A program made the translations under genes and the position numbers. Below are positions 47,845-59,563 of a DNA stretch of 64,000 bases, one piece after another. Origin of the DNA: a virus; the IMG/VR virus record IMGVR_UViG_3300013137_000011, positions 1 to 64,000 of that record; one strand, given 5' to 3'. Positions within the stretch are counted from its first letter, which is position 1. Each line of letters starts with the position of its first letter. The notes below the pieces were generated by a model. The model saw only the letters and a list, made by a program, of their open reading frames with translations. It made no database searches and was not told where the DNA came from.

Positions 47845-50084
47845 TATAGTACAAACCTCAACACATCCAAATTATCCCACATTCCTTTTTTAGTCAAGTT
47901 TCTTTTTTGACTTATAACATATAGATTAAGATCAATATCAAGTCTTGTATCAACAATTCTAATAACTTTACCTTTAAGTCTGATTGGGACAGAAGGAATT
48001 TTAACATTCATTCTTCTTTTTCTAGCAACAGAAAGATTTAAAAATCCATTTGCTATATAATATGCTATTGCAGTATCAGTAATAATTTGATCTTCTATTG
48101 GATGTAATGGTTGAACAACTCTTCCGAAAGACTGAATTTCTGATAACTTATCAACAATTACTGTTCCTGTCCAATCGGTTGGAACAGGTATTGGAGCCCC
48201 AAATGGCTGATCGGTTGTTTTTGCGGTAACAACCCAATTATATTCTGTATCATTTATAATCTTTTTATACCTAGAAGGATCTTTACTTCCTCCAGAATGT
48301 GCATATTTATAGGTTTCCTCTATAACATCATAGGACGGATCGAATGTCATATCAGATTGATTTTTAAAATCATATCCATCCATTGATTTACTTCTAGTAT
48401 AATCCACGGAGCATATTGGAACCGATGGAAAATAAGCAACTCCATTTTCATCAGTAGTTTTTCTAAAAGCATCAGAACTAAAAACTGGTGCAGGTTTATC
48501 AGATCCATCTACAACTATATCTATATTAGGATATAGATATGGTCCATCTGGTTCATATAATCTTTCATTACTTACATCAGTAAATTTTGATGAATCATAT
48601 GAACTTGCTATTGTCCCCAAAGTCCCCCAAATACATACTATATCTGTATTCGTTTTCTTCTCTTTTAAATAAAACCATCTTCCAGTTTGTCCTTCTGGAA
48701 ATGTTACCGATAATGTATCTATAAGACCTTTAATTGGAGTTATATTTTCTATTCTTGTTTCAGAATATTCTTCTCCTGCTCCACTTCTATAAACAGTAGT
48801 TGTAGCATCATACCAAAGATCCCTAATTGCCATACTATCTTTTATATTAGGATTTGTTGGAACAGTATTCCAAGGCTGATATTCAGAATTGTCTGTTATT
48901 GTATAAGGAATCCTTACTCTTCCAATATTTAATCCATAAGATCCTACAATATACTCTGCACCACTATATGAATGTGATCCATTAGATTCTTTATGTACTC
49001 CACCATATGCTTTTAATGTAGATGAATTTATTACTGCACCAGTATTTAAAAATGACTTCTCAAAATAAACATTATCATCATTAGTATATTTAAAACTAGG
49101 CGCAGGTTCAATTCCACATGGAAGTTCATTATCTCTACTACTAAATAAATCTGATGTTATAATTCCTGCTCCGATTGTCGTAGCGTTTGCATCAGCCCAA
49201 TTATTGAAATTCTGCTCGTAAGTAGCAGGATCATCAGATCCATTAAGAGTTGGTATTTCTGGGGTATAGATATATCTATTAAAACCAGTAGGATAATAGT
49301 CAACTACTTTTTCATGTTCATCATTCTGATTTCTATTATTATAGAATCTTTGAGTACCACTAGATATTGCTATTCTATTAAAATATTGATCTGTTGAATT
49401 TCTTTCGTTATATATTACTATATCATTATTGTCTCTTATTGTTAAAACAACATTGTTCAAATCTCTAGGTATTTTAGGTGAAAAATAAACTATATTTCCA
49501 ATTACTTGAACCTGTGCATATATTTTATTTGCAAACTCTGAAATAACATCTATTGGATATTTACCAGACATATCGTAATTAGGTAACTCCCAATCAAATG
49601 CTGAGTATATACACGACATTCCTGCAAGACCTGCACAGTATCCGATAATTGTTGATATCTTTACTTTTGTCTCGTAATACTTGTTTAGGAGAGTATTATA
49701 CCATGGATGAGCAACTTTTGCAAGCATATCACGGGACATTATTGAGAAATTTTCAGATTTAGATGTTTCAGAAAGGTTCCTATCATCAATTATTCCACGA
49801 TATATTTCTAAGTAATTATTATTATAACCCTGTTCAACTGTTATTATTTTATCACATGACAATGGTAAATTTACATTATTCATTATTCCTACAAATTCAA
49901 CATCACAAGACGACATAGGATTGTCGAGATCCTCTGAAATGGTAACACTCTTAATATCTTCTAAAACTACTCCATCTAATTTAACTCTCCAACATGGATA
50001 TAGTTCTATTAATTTTCCATGATCAACTGGAAATTGATATTTTATTACTGTTAAATTTCCTATTTCTTCAGTGGTGAATCCCAT
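47844..50084 (-). CDS. baseplate hub/Tal-like tail protein
   Basis: IKSVTISE...SCDV, QGY.....YRGIID, SRDM; downstream of tape measure. Confidence 0.7.
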   Translation of the reverse strand: MGFTTEEIGNLTVIKYQFPVDHGKLIELYPCWRVKLDGVVLEDIKSVTISEDLDNPMSSCDVEFVGIMNNVNLPLSCDKIITVEQGYNNNYLEIYRGIIDDRNLSETSKSENFSIMSRDMLAKVAHPWYNTLLNKYYETKVKISTIIGYCAGLAGMSCIYSAFDWELPNYDMSGKYPIDVISEFANKIYAQVQVIGNIVYFSPKIPRDLNNVVLTIRDNNDIVIYNERNSTDQYFNRIAISSGTQRFYNNRNQNDEHEKVVDYYPTGFNRYIYTPEIPTLNGSDDPATYEQNFNNWADANATTIGAGIITSDLFSSRDNELPCGIEPAPSFKYTNDDNVYFEKSFLNTGAVINSSTLKAYGGVHKESNGSHSYSGAEYIVGSYGLNIGRVRIPYTITDNSEYQPWNTVPTNPNIKDSMAIRDLWYDATTTVYRSGAGEEYSETRIENITPIKGLIDTLSVTFPEGQTGRWFYLKEKKTNTDIVCIWGTLGTIASSYDSSKFTDVSNERLYEPDGPYLYPNIDIVVDGSDKPAPVFSSDAFRKTTDENGVAYFPSVPICSVDYTRSKSMDGYDFKNQSDMTFDPSYDVIEETYKYAHSGGSKDPSRYKKIINDTEYNWVVTAKTTDQPFGAPIPVPTDWTGTVIVDKLSEIQSFGRVVQPLHPIEDQIITDTAIAYYIANGFLNLSVARKRRMNVKIPSVPIRLKGKVIRIVDTRLDIDLNLYVISQKRNLTKKGMWDNLDVLRFVL

Positions 50085-50842
50085 TATGATCCTACCTCAA
50101 AAGGAAAGTCTGTTCTATCAAATCCAATTATATTACAATGAATAGGAATCCACAATACACTATAAATATTTCTAGTACATAATCTGAAATAATTGTCTAC
50201 TAATTGATTGTCAATATATGCTTTTATCATTGTTGTTAATGGATTCTTATGCGAATCCCATGATTCGGGTACTGTTATTTTAACCCAAAACTTTAATTTG
50301 TCTCTATTATTAAAAGTAGTTACTTCTATTGATTTAGCGTAAGTTCCTGCAACTCCAGAATTGTCTTCTGCTAAATCAGTATGTATATGACCTTCTGAAA
50401 TTGCAAATCCAAAATCATCTATACTATTTAATATTGAATCTGAACGTAATATTATTCCAGGAATAACTTCTTTCATTTCTTTTAGTGGATCAAAATTCCT
50501 TACATCGTTCAATACGTTTCTGGGATTAATATATTTTAGTGGACGGACAAAAACTATTTCTTCGTATGAATTTATTCCAAATTTAAACAGATTGTCTATT
50601 ATTGCCTGCATATTAAGTTCGCTAAGTAACTGTGATCTATTATTAAAATACCATATTGACAAATCTGGATTTACCTGCAATTTTAATTTAGTATAATTAC
50701 TACCAGTATTATTGTTTATTTCAAACCAAGTTTCAATAACATCTCCAGACTTATATTTAGTAAGATCCTCATACCAAGAAATATTTAAACTATTCTTGGT
50801 TATTTGGGATCCTCCTTCTTTATTAAAGAAATTGATATTCAT
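50084..50842 (-). CDS. putative tail tip protein
   Basis: Synteny. Confidence 0.5.
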   Translation of the reverse strand: MNINFFNKEGGSQITKNSLNISWYEDLTKYKSGDVIETWFEINNNTGSNYTKLKLQVNPDLSIWYFNNRSQLLSELNMQAIIDNLFKFGINSYEEIVFVRPLKYINPRNVLNDVRNFDPLKEMKEVIPGIILRSDSILNSIDDFGFAISEGHIHTDLAEDNSGVAGTYAKSIEVTTFNNRDKLKFWVKITVPESWDSHKNPLTTMIKAYIDNQLVDNYFRLCTRNIYSVLWIPIHCNIIGFDRTDFPFEVGS

Positions 50843-50843
50843 T

Positions 50844-51257
50844 TTATGGTTCCTTGCATACTAAGAATGTTATTCTTGTTTTAAAGGCCCATGATCCATC
50901 ATTAAACTTAGCATTTTCCCAATCTATGTTTAGACCCTGTTTTCCAGGATGAAACCTAACAACTCTAGAATATCCATTCCAATTTGTATAAGTCCATTGA
51001 TACATAAGTTTTCTAGCATCTCTTAGATCATAAGCATAATTTTCTTTTAACCATGTTTCAATAGTAAGTTCCCTATCACACTCATGAAATCCAAAGGTTT
51101 GAAGAATTCTTTTTCCACCAATAGTATCTTCTATTTCATATCTTTCTTCATCTTCAAATAGATTTGTTGGATGTGGTTCAAGGTTAAACATAAAAGATGA
51201 AGAACTTATTCTTGTGAAAGTATACGAACCGTTATATCTTACTAGTTTTGATTTCAT
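50844..51257 (-). CDS. distal tail (Dit-like) protein
   Basis: Directly follows the tape measure; TIGG..ILQ.FG...RELTI pattern. Confidence 0.55.
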   Translation of the reverse strand: MKSKLVRYNGSYTFTRISSSSFMFNLEPHPTNLFEDEERYEIEDTIGGKRILQTFGFHECDRELTIETWLKENYAYDLRDARKLMYQWTYTNWNGYSRVVRFHPGKQGLNIDWENAKFNDGSWAFKTRITFLVCKEP

Positions 51258-54200
51258 TTTGCACCACCAGAAACAGCGTTCTTTCTTTTATCCTGATCTT
51301 GACAATATTTATTGATTTTGTTTATTTCTGCCTTAGCAATTTGTTCTGCAATCTTTTCTCCATCAAGATATATACTTGCATCTATGTGATAAATATCTGG
51401 ACCACTATTCTTTAATGGATGCTCTTGTGGCTTTACCTCTTCCTGTTTATTTTCATCGCCCTTTAGACGAATTCCATTATCCTTAGCCCAATCTTGTAAA
51501 TACTTTTTAAAATATTCATCAACATTAAATTTTCCAATATCATACTTCTTCATCATTTCTTCTAAATCTGCTTTTGCTGAACCAGTTATGGCATCAATAG
51601 AAACGCTTTGAATCTTTTCTGTTTTCATTGATAATTCTGCAATCAGTTTTGCTATAATATCTTGAGTTTTACTATCTGCTCTAAGTGCTAATTTTTTTAA
51701 TTCAGCAATACCTCTAGTCATATCGCTATCTGGACCATTTACTCTATCTCTATCTGATTTCATTCTATTATATATTTGAATTTGTTTTGCATAAGCCTGA
51801 CCTTCTGGGCTGTTGGCACCAACACCTCTTTCAACCATTGATCTTTGCCAATTAAATAAGAACTTGTGTCGTTCATCTATCTTATCCTGTTTTTCTGCTA
51901 TTTGATTTTTCATATATGGCAGATAGTCAATCCAACCTTTAACTCTCTTCTGTTCATCTCCAGATAAAACCTGACCAGATCCACCAGACTGAATCTTACC
52001 AAGTTCCGATCTATAAAGTTTTATCTGCTCAAAATCTCTTGAAGTTTTAAGTTTCTTACTTTCAAGAATCTTTAGATTATTTCTAAGCCTAGTCTCACGC
52101 TCTCCACCAACACCCATTTGACGCTCTTGTATGGCAATTCTATCTTCTTCTTCCTTTATCTGGGCATAGTAGAAAGGACGCATCCACGGATCAATACTAG
52201 GATCATTCATAGCCTTATACTTACTAGTATATAATCCAAATCTAGATCCAACAAGACTTCCTCTTTGATCTTGTCCTGTTCTCTGAGCATAAGATTGACT
52301 AGTAGAAACGAATATTCCCATTCCTTCCTGCATTGACTTAAATCTAGTGTCATATATTCTAGCATAAATACTTTTCCAAAGCATATATACTTTAGTTGAA
52401 AAATCTTTTTCGATTAGAAGTCTAAGTTCAATATCTCCATAATGTAATCTCATTCTATCGTTATACTCATTTTTGAGTGAATGATATTGTAAATTGTACT
52501 CTGCAGAAATTTCTTGCTTAGTTAAAGCAAATCTATTCTGCATAATACTCATATACATATCATTATATACTTTAGAATATTCTTCTTTAAATCTCCTGGC
52601 TTCTAATTCAAGTTCATTTTTAACATTAGCAGCAGCTTCTTTTCCCATTGGTGTATCTGGACCACCGGCATTTTGAACCTGTTGATATCCACTAGAGATA
52701 ATTTCTCTTATATTCTTATAGTGTTCCCCATATAAGTATCTTCCAGAAAGTTTTGCATTAAGTTGTTTTGTAGCGGTTTCAATTGCATACTGAATCGCAT
52801 AAATTCTTTCTTTATGATCTTTTACTGCTAGTTCTTCTTTTCCTTCATATATTTTCTTATTCTTTTTATAGGCATCTGATTCTGGATCTAAACTAGAAAG
52901 AATCCTATCTTTATCTGCTCTAATCTGCATTACAGTTTCAATAATATCTGCACGAAGAGTCTTGCCAATAAGTCTAAGTCTTGTCGCAACTGCACTAGCA
53001 TTTAAGGTATTAGTTTCACTTTGAAGATTAGATATATATACTTTATAATCTTGACCAAATGCTCTAGCATAGAATTTTCTTATTTCATTTTGCTTTATTA
53101 AATTATCCTTAGCAGTAAACATCTCATCATCAAATGATTTCTGATTCTGAATAGTTTTACTCTTATACTCTGCATCTGCATATTGTCCACGAAGTCTATA
53201 TTCTTCAATTATATTCCTTGCTTTAAGTTCTTTTAAGTTGTTCTCTTCATCTATTTTCTGTTTAGAGAACGTATGATTAAGTTCTCTTAAATTATAATAA
53301 TATTCAACTGCAAGCATCTTTAATTTATTAGTATCTTTCTCGTTATATGCCTGCCGTCTACTAGTTTCATAAGTATTCTGTAAACTACCTAGAGAAGAAA
53401 TATGATCTGCCTCTGGACCTCTTCCAGAAAGTCTTAATCCAATAGAACTAATAATACTTCTATATTGTTTAAGTTCTAACATTCTAGATGTTTCGATCAT
53501 AAACAATTTAGCAGTTTCAGTTAAATTTAAATCTTTTATAAGACCAGGAATAAGTTTTAATTCCTTTTGAAAAGTCTTTATTGCTGCATCTAATACCTTA
53601 ATTTTTTCTGGATCTTTTTCTTTTAATTTAGCATCTTTTGCTATATTAAGACTATCATTTATATCTTTATTTAATATATTAAACCAATCAAGTTGTTTTT
53701 TTGTGGAATCTTTAATTGACTTTTTCTTATTTTCATATGATGGAAAAAGTTGTGATATATCTGAATCTAATGTATTACGAGAATTTTCTATATCGTTATT
53801 CATTTCAAGAGCCATATTATGTAGTGACTCTATTCTTTCGATACTAAATTTTTTATTTATATCTATTCTTTGCTTTTCTAACTGTTTCTTCTTTTGGCTA
53901 AGACTAAGTATTTGAGTTTCCTCTTTTGTAATGCTAGTAGCATCTTTTTCATATTTCCTAGTTAATTCTTCTATTACTTTAGGTCCAGAAAATATTTTTA
54001 CAGAATCATAAGCACCATAATTTTTTAGATCACGATACAATTGTTTAGATACCTTATCTATTTGTTCATTAGATGATTTATTAAATTCATCTACCTCAAA
54101 TCTTCTTTTTCTAATATTATCAAACTGTCTTCTATACTTATTGTTTTGTGAAGAATACTCTAAATTAAATCCACTACCGGATTGTATATTAGATGTAAAC

Positions 54201-57200
54201 CAGCTACTTGTATTTAAATCTTTCCAATCTGGCACATTGGATAATTTTCCAGAAAGTTTATTATATTTTTTACTATATCCAGTTCTAGTATCAATAATAT
54301 CATATAATCCTGCAACAGACATTACTCCAATATCTAAAGATGGAATACCTTGCTTTTCTGCAAGTAATAGTGATGCAGTTAGTTTTCTATGTTTCATTAA
54401 TATCTTTTTATTAGTTTCTAAATCATCTCCAAATAGATTAAGATAACTTTCTTGACCAGAAACAAGTTTTTTATATTTTTCTACAGCATCTTCTGCTTGA
54501 TCTATAGATTTCTTAGCTAGACCAATTATCTCATTGGATAATGGTTCCATTTCTGTAGCAAAAGGTTCTCCAAATAGTGTTTTTAATAATTTAGACCATT
54601 CTTGTAATTTTTTTTCTCTTTCTGGACCAGAAACAGATGCAACATCTTTAAATATCTCATCTGTCTTAGACATTAAAGTGTTCATCCTTTCTGGAGTTAG
54701 GAACTGAAGTTTGTGTTTCCACTTATCTTTTAGTTCTTCTCTAACATTTTTTGATTCATCAAAACTCTTCTGAGGATCTGTTTTTGGAGCCATTCCCAAA
54801 TCTCCATAAAATCCTAATGAAGTCAATATATGACCCCAACCTTTTTTAACAGAATCATCATATTCTAGTGGATTTGTATCATAATTATTTAATTTCTCAA
54901 TTTCAAATTTAAATCTACTTCTTTGAGATTCTATTCTATCAGTAAGACCTATTGAAATAACCTTTTTTAGATTAATTAACTGCCTAAGTTCCTTTTCTGC
55001 TACATTTTCTTCTTGATAATTAGAAATACTCATTTTATATTTTTCGTATAGAATTAGAATATTTTTTAGTTTATTTATATCAGGATCAAATACACTAGTT
55101 GTATTTTCGACTGGAGCAATCATTCTCTCAATATATTTTCTAGTTATATTTGGAATAGTTGATATACTTTTTCCGGCATTTTGATCTCCAGTAGATTTAT
55201 ATAAATCTCTATAAAACTCTCCGCCACCAATATATCCAATTGATGTCTCAAATGCACGTTTAGAAACATTAGACTGTGCTATTTTTTGTTTTAAATCTTC
55301 TTCAAGTTTATCCTGGTTATCTTTATACCATTTTAATGCGGCAGAAGCAATAATACCAACAGAAATACCTACTGCAGGATTTAATACTGTTAATAATCCA
55401 CTAGCAATTCCTATTTTTGCTCCTGCACCTGCATCTCCTGTATATGCTGCTGCACCTATTCCCGCTAAAGCACCAACACCAAACATTCTGCTTCCTGCTC
55501 CAGGAAGTAATGTGCTTGGATATATATTTGAATTACCTGGATTAAATCCACCACTATAACCATATCCAGGTCTCTTTAAAAAATTATATATAGTTTCATC
55601 TTGTCCTAATATCTTATTTTTGGCCCAACCACCCATACTCCACAGAGCAGCAGAACCTCCCATAGCAACTATTGATTCAACTCCACCTGTAACGACACCT
55701 CCAATTCCAGGAGATCCTTGTGCTGCTTGCTTTAATCCAGTAAATAAATCAATACCCGCTTTTGCTATTTTTCCAATATCCTTAACTAATGGCTCTGCTA
55801 TTTCAATACCAAACTTGCCCATCTCATTAGAAAGAATCTTCCATTGATCTATAATATTATTAGTCATTACCTCAAATTGGCGTTGACCATCATTCATAGC
55901 CTTCTGCTTGTTAATTGCTTCATCAAAATCCGCTTTAGTATATCTCATCAATATTCTTCCAGCAGCGGAAGTTCTTTGTTCAAAGATATCTCCAAGATAC
56001 TTTTCTTGTTTTCCAGTTGGAAGTTTAGAAAGTCCTTCTTTAAGTCTATTTAATTTATCATAAAGACTTACAGCAGATCCATCTTCATTCATCATTTCTA
56101 TTCCCATATCCTTGAAAGCCTTTTGTGCTTCCTTAGATGGATCTGCAAGTCTCTTGATAACACCTCTCAATCTCTCACCCATATCAGTTCCACGAATACC
56201 TGCATCTGCTAGTTTCATCATCATTCCAAGAGTATCTTCAAATCCAAGACCTGACTCATTAGCAACAACACCTGCATATTTCATCGCTTCTGCAAGTTTA
56301 GGAATCTCTGTAGCAGATTTTGCTGCAGCATAAGAAAGCCCATCGAGAACTCTTTGAGATTCATCAGCACCCATATTAAACTGCTTCATTATAACAGCAA
56401 GATGAACTGCTGCTTCAGATGAATCATACATTCCTAAAGTAGCAAGTTTATTGGCATTTTCAGCATTTTTGATACTTGCAGCAACATCAAGATATCCATC
56501 CTTTGATTGACCTAATCCAGTAGAAACAATATGATACATAGTTTCTGCTGTCTGTGCAGACGAGAATACTGATTTATCCATATCAAGTATTCCCTTTTTA
56601 AGTAACTGCATCTGATCTCTACCATGTGCAGTTATTGATGCAACCCTAGTTAATCCCTTTTCAAATTGCGATTCTGCTTCAAATGCACGTTTAAATGCAT
56701 CGGCAACACCATATAGAACTGCTCCAGTAGCAACCCATTCAAGATGGCGTTTAACCATCCATCCCATTTCATTCGACCATTCTTTAGACTGTTCTCTACG
56801 AAGACCAATCTTTTCCTGACGAGTCATATCTTCTTTAGATATCTCGCCACGAAGAATCTGTTCTTTTCTTAATTGATCGTAAGACTCTTTTCTTTTACGA
56901 ATTTGTTCATTTTCTAATCCTATTGTACTACGAATATTATTAAGATCATTTTCATATTGTTCATTAGTAAAATTATACAAAGTATAACCTGTATATTTTT
57001 TTGTAGTCCAATTATTACCTTTATTTTCTTTTGGATCATATATATCTGGATCTTTAAGTCTAATACCAAGTTCTTGTGCTATTTTATGAACTTCTTGTCT
57101 AATTCTACTTACAGGGATATAATTATTATCTTGAGTTGTATTTAAATAAAATGGAAATTGTCTTGAAAGAGATTCGCTTCTTGCTCCAAAAACTTTATTT

Positions 57201-58594
57201 AAATATTCTTGTGTTCTAGGTGCTTGACGTTCATTTAATAGTTCAACATCTTTATCAAACATATGTCTTCTATTAGGAGCAAACCTAATTCTTCTTATAG
57301 TAGCATTTCTGGTATTTCTATCAACTACTCTACTACTATAATTATTTAATAAATCATTTTTTAAACTACTTAATTCTTCTTTCGATAGTTTCCTATTAGG
57401 ATCTCCAACAACACTACCAACTATATTTTCTGGACCTCCTGCAGTTCCAGCATATCTTCTATTTTGAATAATTGCTTGTTTTGTTAATGCAATCTGTTCT
57501 TTAATTGATTTATCCTCAAACTGCATCATTTGATACATTTCTTGTGATTCATTATGCATTTTCAACAAATAGTTTAGTTTTTGTTGTCTAAATTCATTCA
57601 TTAATTCTTTCATTAATGATGAAACACTAGAACCTTTTATTGATCCTTGTGTTATACCAAACTCTTTTTGTAGTTGTGCTATGTCGTTCTTTGAAAATAT
57701 TGCATCTGATATTTGAGTTGGTTGATTTCTAAGATCCTGAAATATTTTTCTAGACAAATCTATTACGCCAGTTTTTTCATCAAAACCACGACCAACATAA
57801 TTTCCAATTAAACTAATAATTGATCCTGGAAGTTTAGTTTCTCTTCCGCTAGGACCACTAGAAGATAATTTTCCTCCACCTGCCATAAGATGTGGAGTAT
57901 TAATAATTCCTTGTATTGTTTGATTTGCTTGATTCACCCTATCAACACTAGCAACAAGAGACTTCTCCAAGTCACTTAAACCCTTTACTCCTTTCTGTCC
58001 CTTCATGCTACTAATTAATTCTCTTAACGCACCCAACTCCCCAATTTCACCCATAGAACCTTGATTAAATAAAGGTTTAATACTTAATGACTGTAAATGA
58101 TCATTTATTTTCTTTACAGTATCAACTCTAGTTACATTGTTGTTTTTAATTATTTCTTCCATTGTTTGTTTAACAGATGCATTATATGCTCTTACATCTT
58201 GTGAAACAACATTCTGGAAATTCTGATTATTAGTACCAGACAAAGCACCAGCAAGACGTTGAATTTCTTCTCGTTGCGCTTTCATTCTGTGCAACATATT
58301 AGATGATTGCACAGTTATATTTCTCATCCTATCAACAAGTTGCTCTTCTGATTTTATGGCTGCTCTCTGTATTTCATTATATGCTTTATAAGAACCACCA
58401 AGTTTATTTAGTATTTCTGCTTGTTTTAAGAATGAGTTATTATAAGAATCAATTGCTTTCTGTCCCTGATAAATAGAGGGAGCCCATTTAGCCATGGCTC
58501 CCTGCACATCGTTAACCAATTTACCAATAACTTGAAATTTATCAAGTCCAGAAGTTTCGCAAGCAATTCTAATGATGTTATTTATTTCTGACAT
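51254..58594 (-). CDS. tail tape measure protein (TP901-family core)
   Basis: 2446 aa, helical; FEKGLTRV, FSSAQTAE, LAEAMKYAG.VA...G, LADAGIRGTDMG..LR. Confidence 0.93.
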   Translation of the reverse strand: MSEINNIIRIACETSGLDKFQVIGKLVNDVQGAMAKWAPSIYQGQKAIDSYNNSFLKQAEILNKLGGSYKAYNEIQRAAIKSEEQLVDRMRNITVQSSNMLHRMKAQREEIQRLAGALSGTNNQNFQNVVSQDVRAYNASVKQTMEEIIKNNNVTRVDTVKKINDHLQSLSIKPLFNQGSMGEIGELGALRELISSMKGQKGVKGLSDLEKSLVASVDRVNQANQTIQGIINTPHLMAGGGKLSSSGPSGRETKLPGSIISLIGNYVGRGFDEKTGVIDLSRKIFQDLRNQPTQISDAIFSKNDIAQLQKEFGITQGSIKGSSVSSLMKELMNEFRQQKLNYLLKMHNESQEMYQMMQFEDKSIKEQIALTKQAIIQNRRYAGTAGGPENIVGSVVGDPNRKLSKEELSSLKNDLLNNYSSRVVDRNTRNATIRRIRFAPNRRHMFDKDVELLNERQAPRTQEYLNKVFGARSESLSRQFPFYLNTTQDNNYIPVSRIRQEVHKIAQELGIRLKDPDIYDPKENKGNNWTTKKYTGYTLYNFTNEQYENDLNNIRSTIGLENEQIRKRKESYDQLRKEQILRGEISKEDMTRQEKIGLRREQSKEWSNEMGWMVKRHLEWVATGAVLYGVADAFKRAFEAESQFEKGLTRVASITAHGRDQMQLLKKGILDMDKSVFSSAQTAETMYHIVSTGLGQSKDGYLDVAASIKNAENANKLATLGMYDSSEAAVHLAVIMKQFNMGADESQRVLDGLSYAAAKSATEIPKLAEAMKYAGVVANESGLGFEDTLGMMMKLADAGIRGTDMGERLRGVIKRLADPSKEAQKAFKDMGIEMMNEDGSAVSLYDKLNRLKEGLSKLPTGKQEKYLGDIFEQRTSAAGRILMRYTKADFDEAINKQKAMNDGQRQFEVMTNNIIDQWKILSNEMGKFGIEIAEPLVKDIGKIAKAGIDLFTGLKQAAQGSPGIGGVVTGGVESIVAMGGSAALWSMGGWAKNKILGQDETIYNFLKRPGYGYSGGFNPGNSNIYPSTLLPGAGSRMFGVGALAGIGAAAYTGDAGAGAKIGIASGLLTVLNPAVGISVGIIASAALKWYKDNQDKLEEDLKQKIAQSNVSKRAFETSIGYIGGGEFYRDLYKSTGDQNAGKSISTIPNITRKYIERMIAPVENTTSVFDPDINKLKNILILYEKYKMSISNYQEENVAEKELRQLINLKKVISIGLTDRIESQRSRFKFEIEKLNNYDTNPLEYDDSVKKGWGHILTSLGFYGDLGMAPKTDPQKSFDESKNVREELKDKWKHKLQFLTPERMNTLMSKTDEIFKDVASVSGPEREKKLQEWSKLLKTLFGEPFATEMEPLSNEIIGLAKKSIDQAEDAVEKYKKLVSGQESYLNLFGDDLETNKKILMKHRKLTASLLLAEKQGIPSLDIGVMSVAGLYDIIDTRTGYSKKYNKLSGKLSNVPDWKDLNTSSWFTSNIQSGSGFNLEYSSQNNKYRRQFDNIRKRRFEVDEFNKSSNEQIDKVSKQLYRDLKNYGAYDSVKIFSGPKVIEELTRKYEKDATSITKEETQILSLSQKKKQLEKQRIDINKKFSIERIESLHNMALEMNNDIENSRNTLDSDISQLFPSYENKKKSIKDSTKKQLDWFNILNKDINDSLNIAKDAKLKEKDPEKIKVLDAAIKTFQKELKLIPGLIKDLNLTETAKLFMIETSRMLELKQYRSIISSIGLRLSGRGPEADHISSLGSLQNTYETSRRQAYNEKDTNKLKMLAVEYYYNLRELNHTFSKQKIDEENNLKELKARNIIEEYRLRGQYADAEYKSKTIQNQKSFDDEMFTAKDNLIKQNEIRKFYARAFGQDYKVYISNLQSETNTLNASAVATRLRLIGKTLRADIIETVMQIRADKDRILSSLDPESDAYKKNKKIYEGKEELAVKDHKERIYAIQYAIETATKQLNAKLSGRYLYGEHYKNIREIISSGYQQVQNAGGPDTPMGKEAAANVKNELELEARRFKEEYSKVYNDMYMSIMQNRFALTKQEISAEYNLQYHSLKNEYNDRMRLHYGDIELRLLIEKDFSTKVYMLWKSIYARIYDTRFKSMQEGMGIFVSTSQSYAQRTGQDQRGSLVGSRFGLYTSKYKAMNDPSIDPWMRPFYYAQIKEEEDRIAIQERQMGVGGERETRLRNNLKILESKKLKTSRDFEQIKLYRSELGKIQSGGSGQVLSGDEQKRVKGWIDYLPYMKNQIAEKQDKIDERHKFLFNWQRSMVERGVGANSPEGQAYAKQIQIYNRMKSDRDRVNGPDSDMTRGIAELKKLALRADSKTQDIIAKLIAELSMKTEKIQSVSIDAITGSAKADLEEMMKKYDIGKFNVDEYFKKYLQDWAKDNGIRLKGDENKQEEVKPQEHPLKNSGPDIYHIDASIYLDGEKIAEQIAKAEINKINKYCQDQDKRKNAVSGGAK

Positions 58595-58874
58595 GTCTGG
58601 TCTGTTCCTCTAATTCCTTTTGCATAGCAGGAGTTAGTTTTATAGATAGACCGGAACTTTCATCACCTTTCTTGTCTTTCCCACTTCTTTTTGATTTCTC
58701 TAGTTCCTCATCTAAACATTTCTTTTGTATCAAATAATCCTGTTCTTCACAAAGTTCCGATATAAGTAACTGTTCGTCTGTTAATCCCCAGACTTCTCTA
58801 CTGAAGAGTCCGACTCCGTATCTTTTTGCGTAGGATTGTCTTCTTCTGACTTCTGGGGATCTGATGAGTTTTTT
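58578..58874 (-). CDS. -1 frameshift extension of the tail assembly chaperone (gpGT-like)
   Basis: Slippery A-AAA-AAC at 58874-58868; the -1 frame is open for about 96 codons to TAA at 58580-58578. Confidence 0.85.
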   Translation of the reverse strand, partial: KKLIRSPEVRRRQSYAKRYGVGLFSREVWGLTDEQLLISELCEEQDYLIQKKCLDEELEKSKRSGKDKKGDESSGLSIKLTPAMQKELEEQTRHVRNK

Positions 58875-59563
58875 AGTTCTTCCTCATCAATCATCAACTT
58901 AGTATAACATCCAACAAGATATCCCATTTCAGTTTCTTCAAGTCTATCTACAGAATCAATAGTCTTAAAAAATCTCTTCGAATGATTATCTGCATACTTG
59001 GTTTGTGCAAAAATCATCGCAATAGTTCTTGCTGCGATATACGACTCTCTATAAAGATCGTCCTCATAATGTTCGTAATCTGCATAAATTGAGTATGCAA
59101 GATACTTTCTATCAATATATACACCTTTAATAATATTTGATTCAACTACATTAAACAACTTCCAATCAATAGGTTTCTCTTCTTCATCCTTATTATCTGG
59201 ATCATCCTTCCAAAATAGTTTTAAAGTTCCTAAATCTGCTGAGTTATGCTCAATTGAATAGAATACATAATCATTAGTTTTCTTATTAGATTCATCATCC
59301 CTAAGAGGAGTGATTTCAACATGGGCTTTATTAGATTCAAGAGTTCCATCTTCCTTTGCTTTATTTAGAAGAGTCCTAAAAGCCTTCTTTTGAATTATTT
59401 TATCAGAATATCTTGGAGTATCCAGGAATAGTCTGTATTCTTTCTTGTTAATGTTTATTGTAACAATTCTATTAGGATTTTCGTCTGGATTTACAATATC
59501 CTGCAACGAACTAATATTTTCCGAATCAATAATCGGAAGTACCTTCTTTTCTTCTTCTGACAT
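58781..59563 (-). CDS. tail assembly chaperone (gpG-like)
   Basis: Between tail tube and tape measure; contains the slippery site at ELKN. Confidence 0.8.
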   Translation of the reverse strand: MSEEEKKVLPIIDSENISSLQDIVNPDENPNRIVTININKKEYRLFLDTPRYSDKIIQKKAFRTLLNKAKEDGTLESNKAHVEITPLRDDESNKKTNDYVFYSIEHNSADLGTLKLFWKDDPDNKDEEEKPIDWKLFNVVESNIIKGVYIDRKYLAYSIYADYEHYEDDLYRESYIAARTIAMIFAQTKYADNHSKRFFKTIDSVDRLEETEMGYLVGCYTKLMIDEEELKNSSDPQKSEEDNPTQKDTESDSSVEKSGD

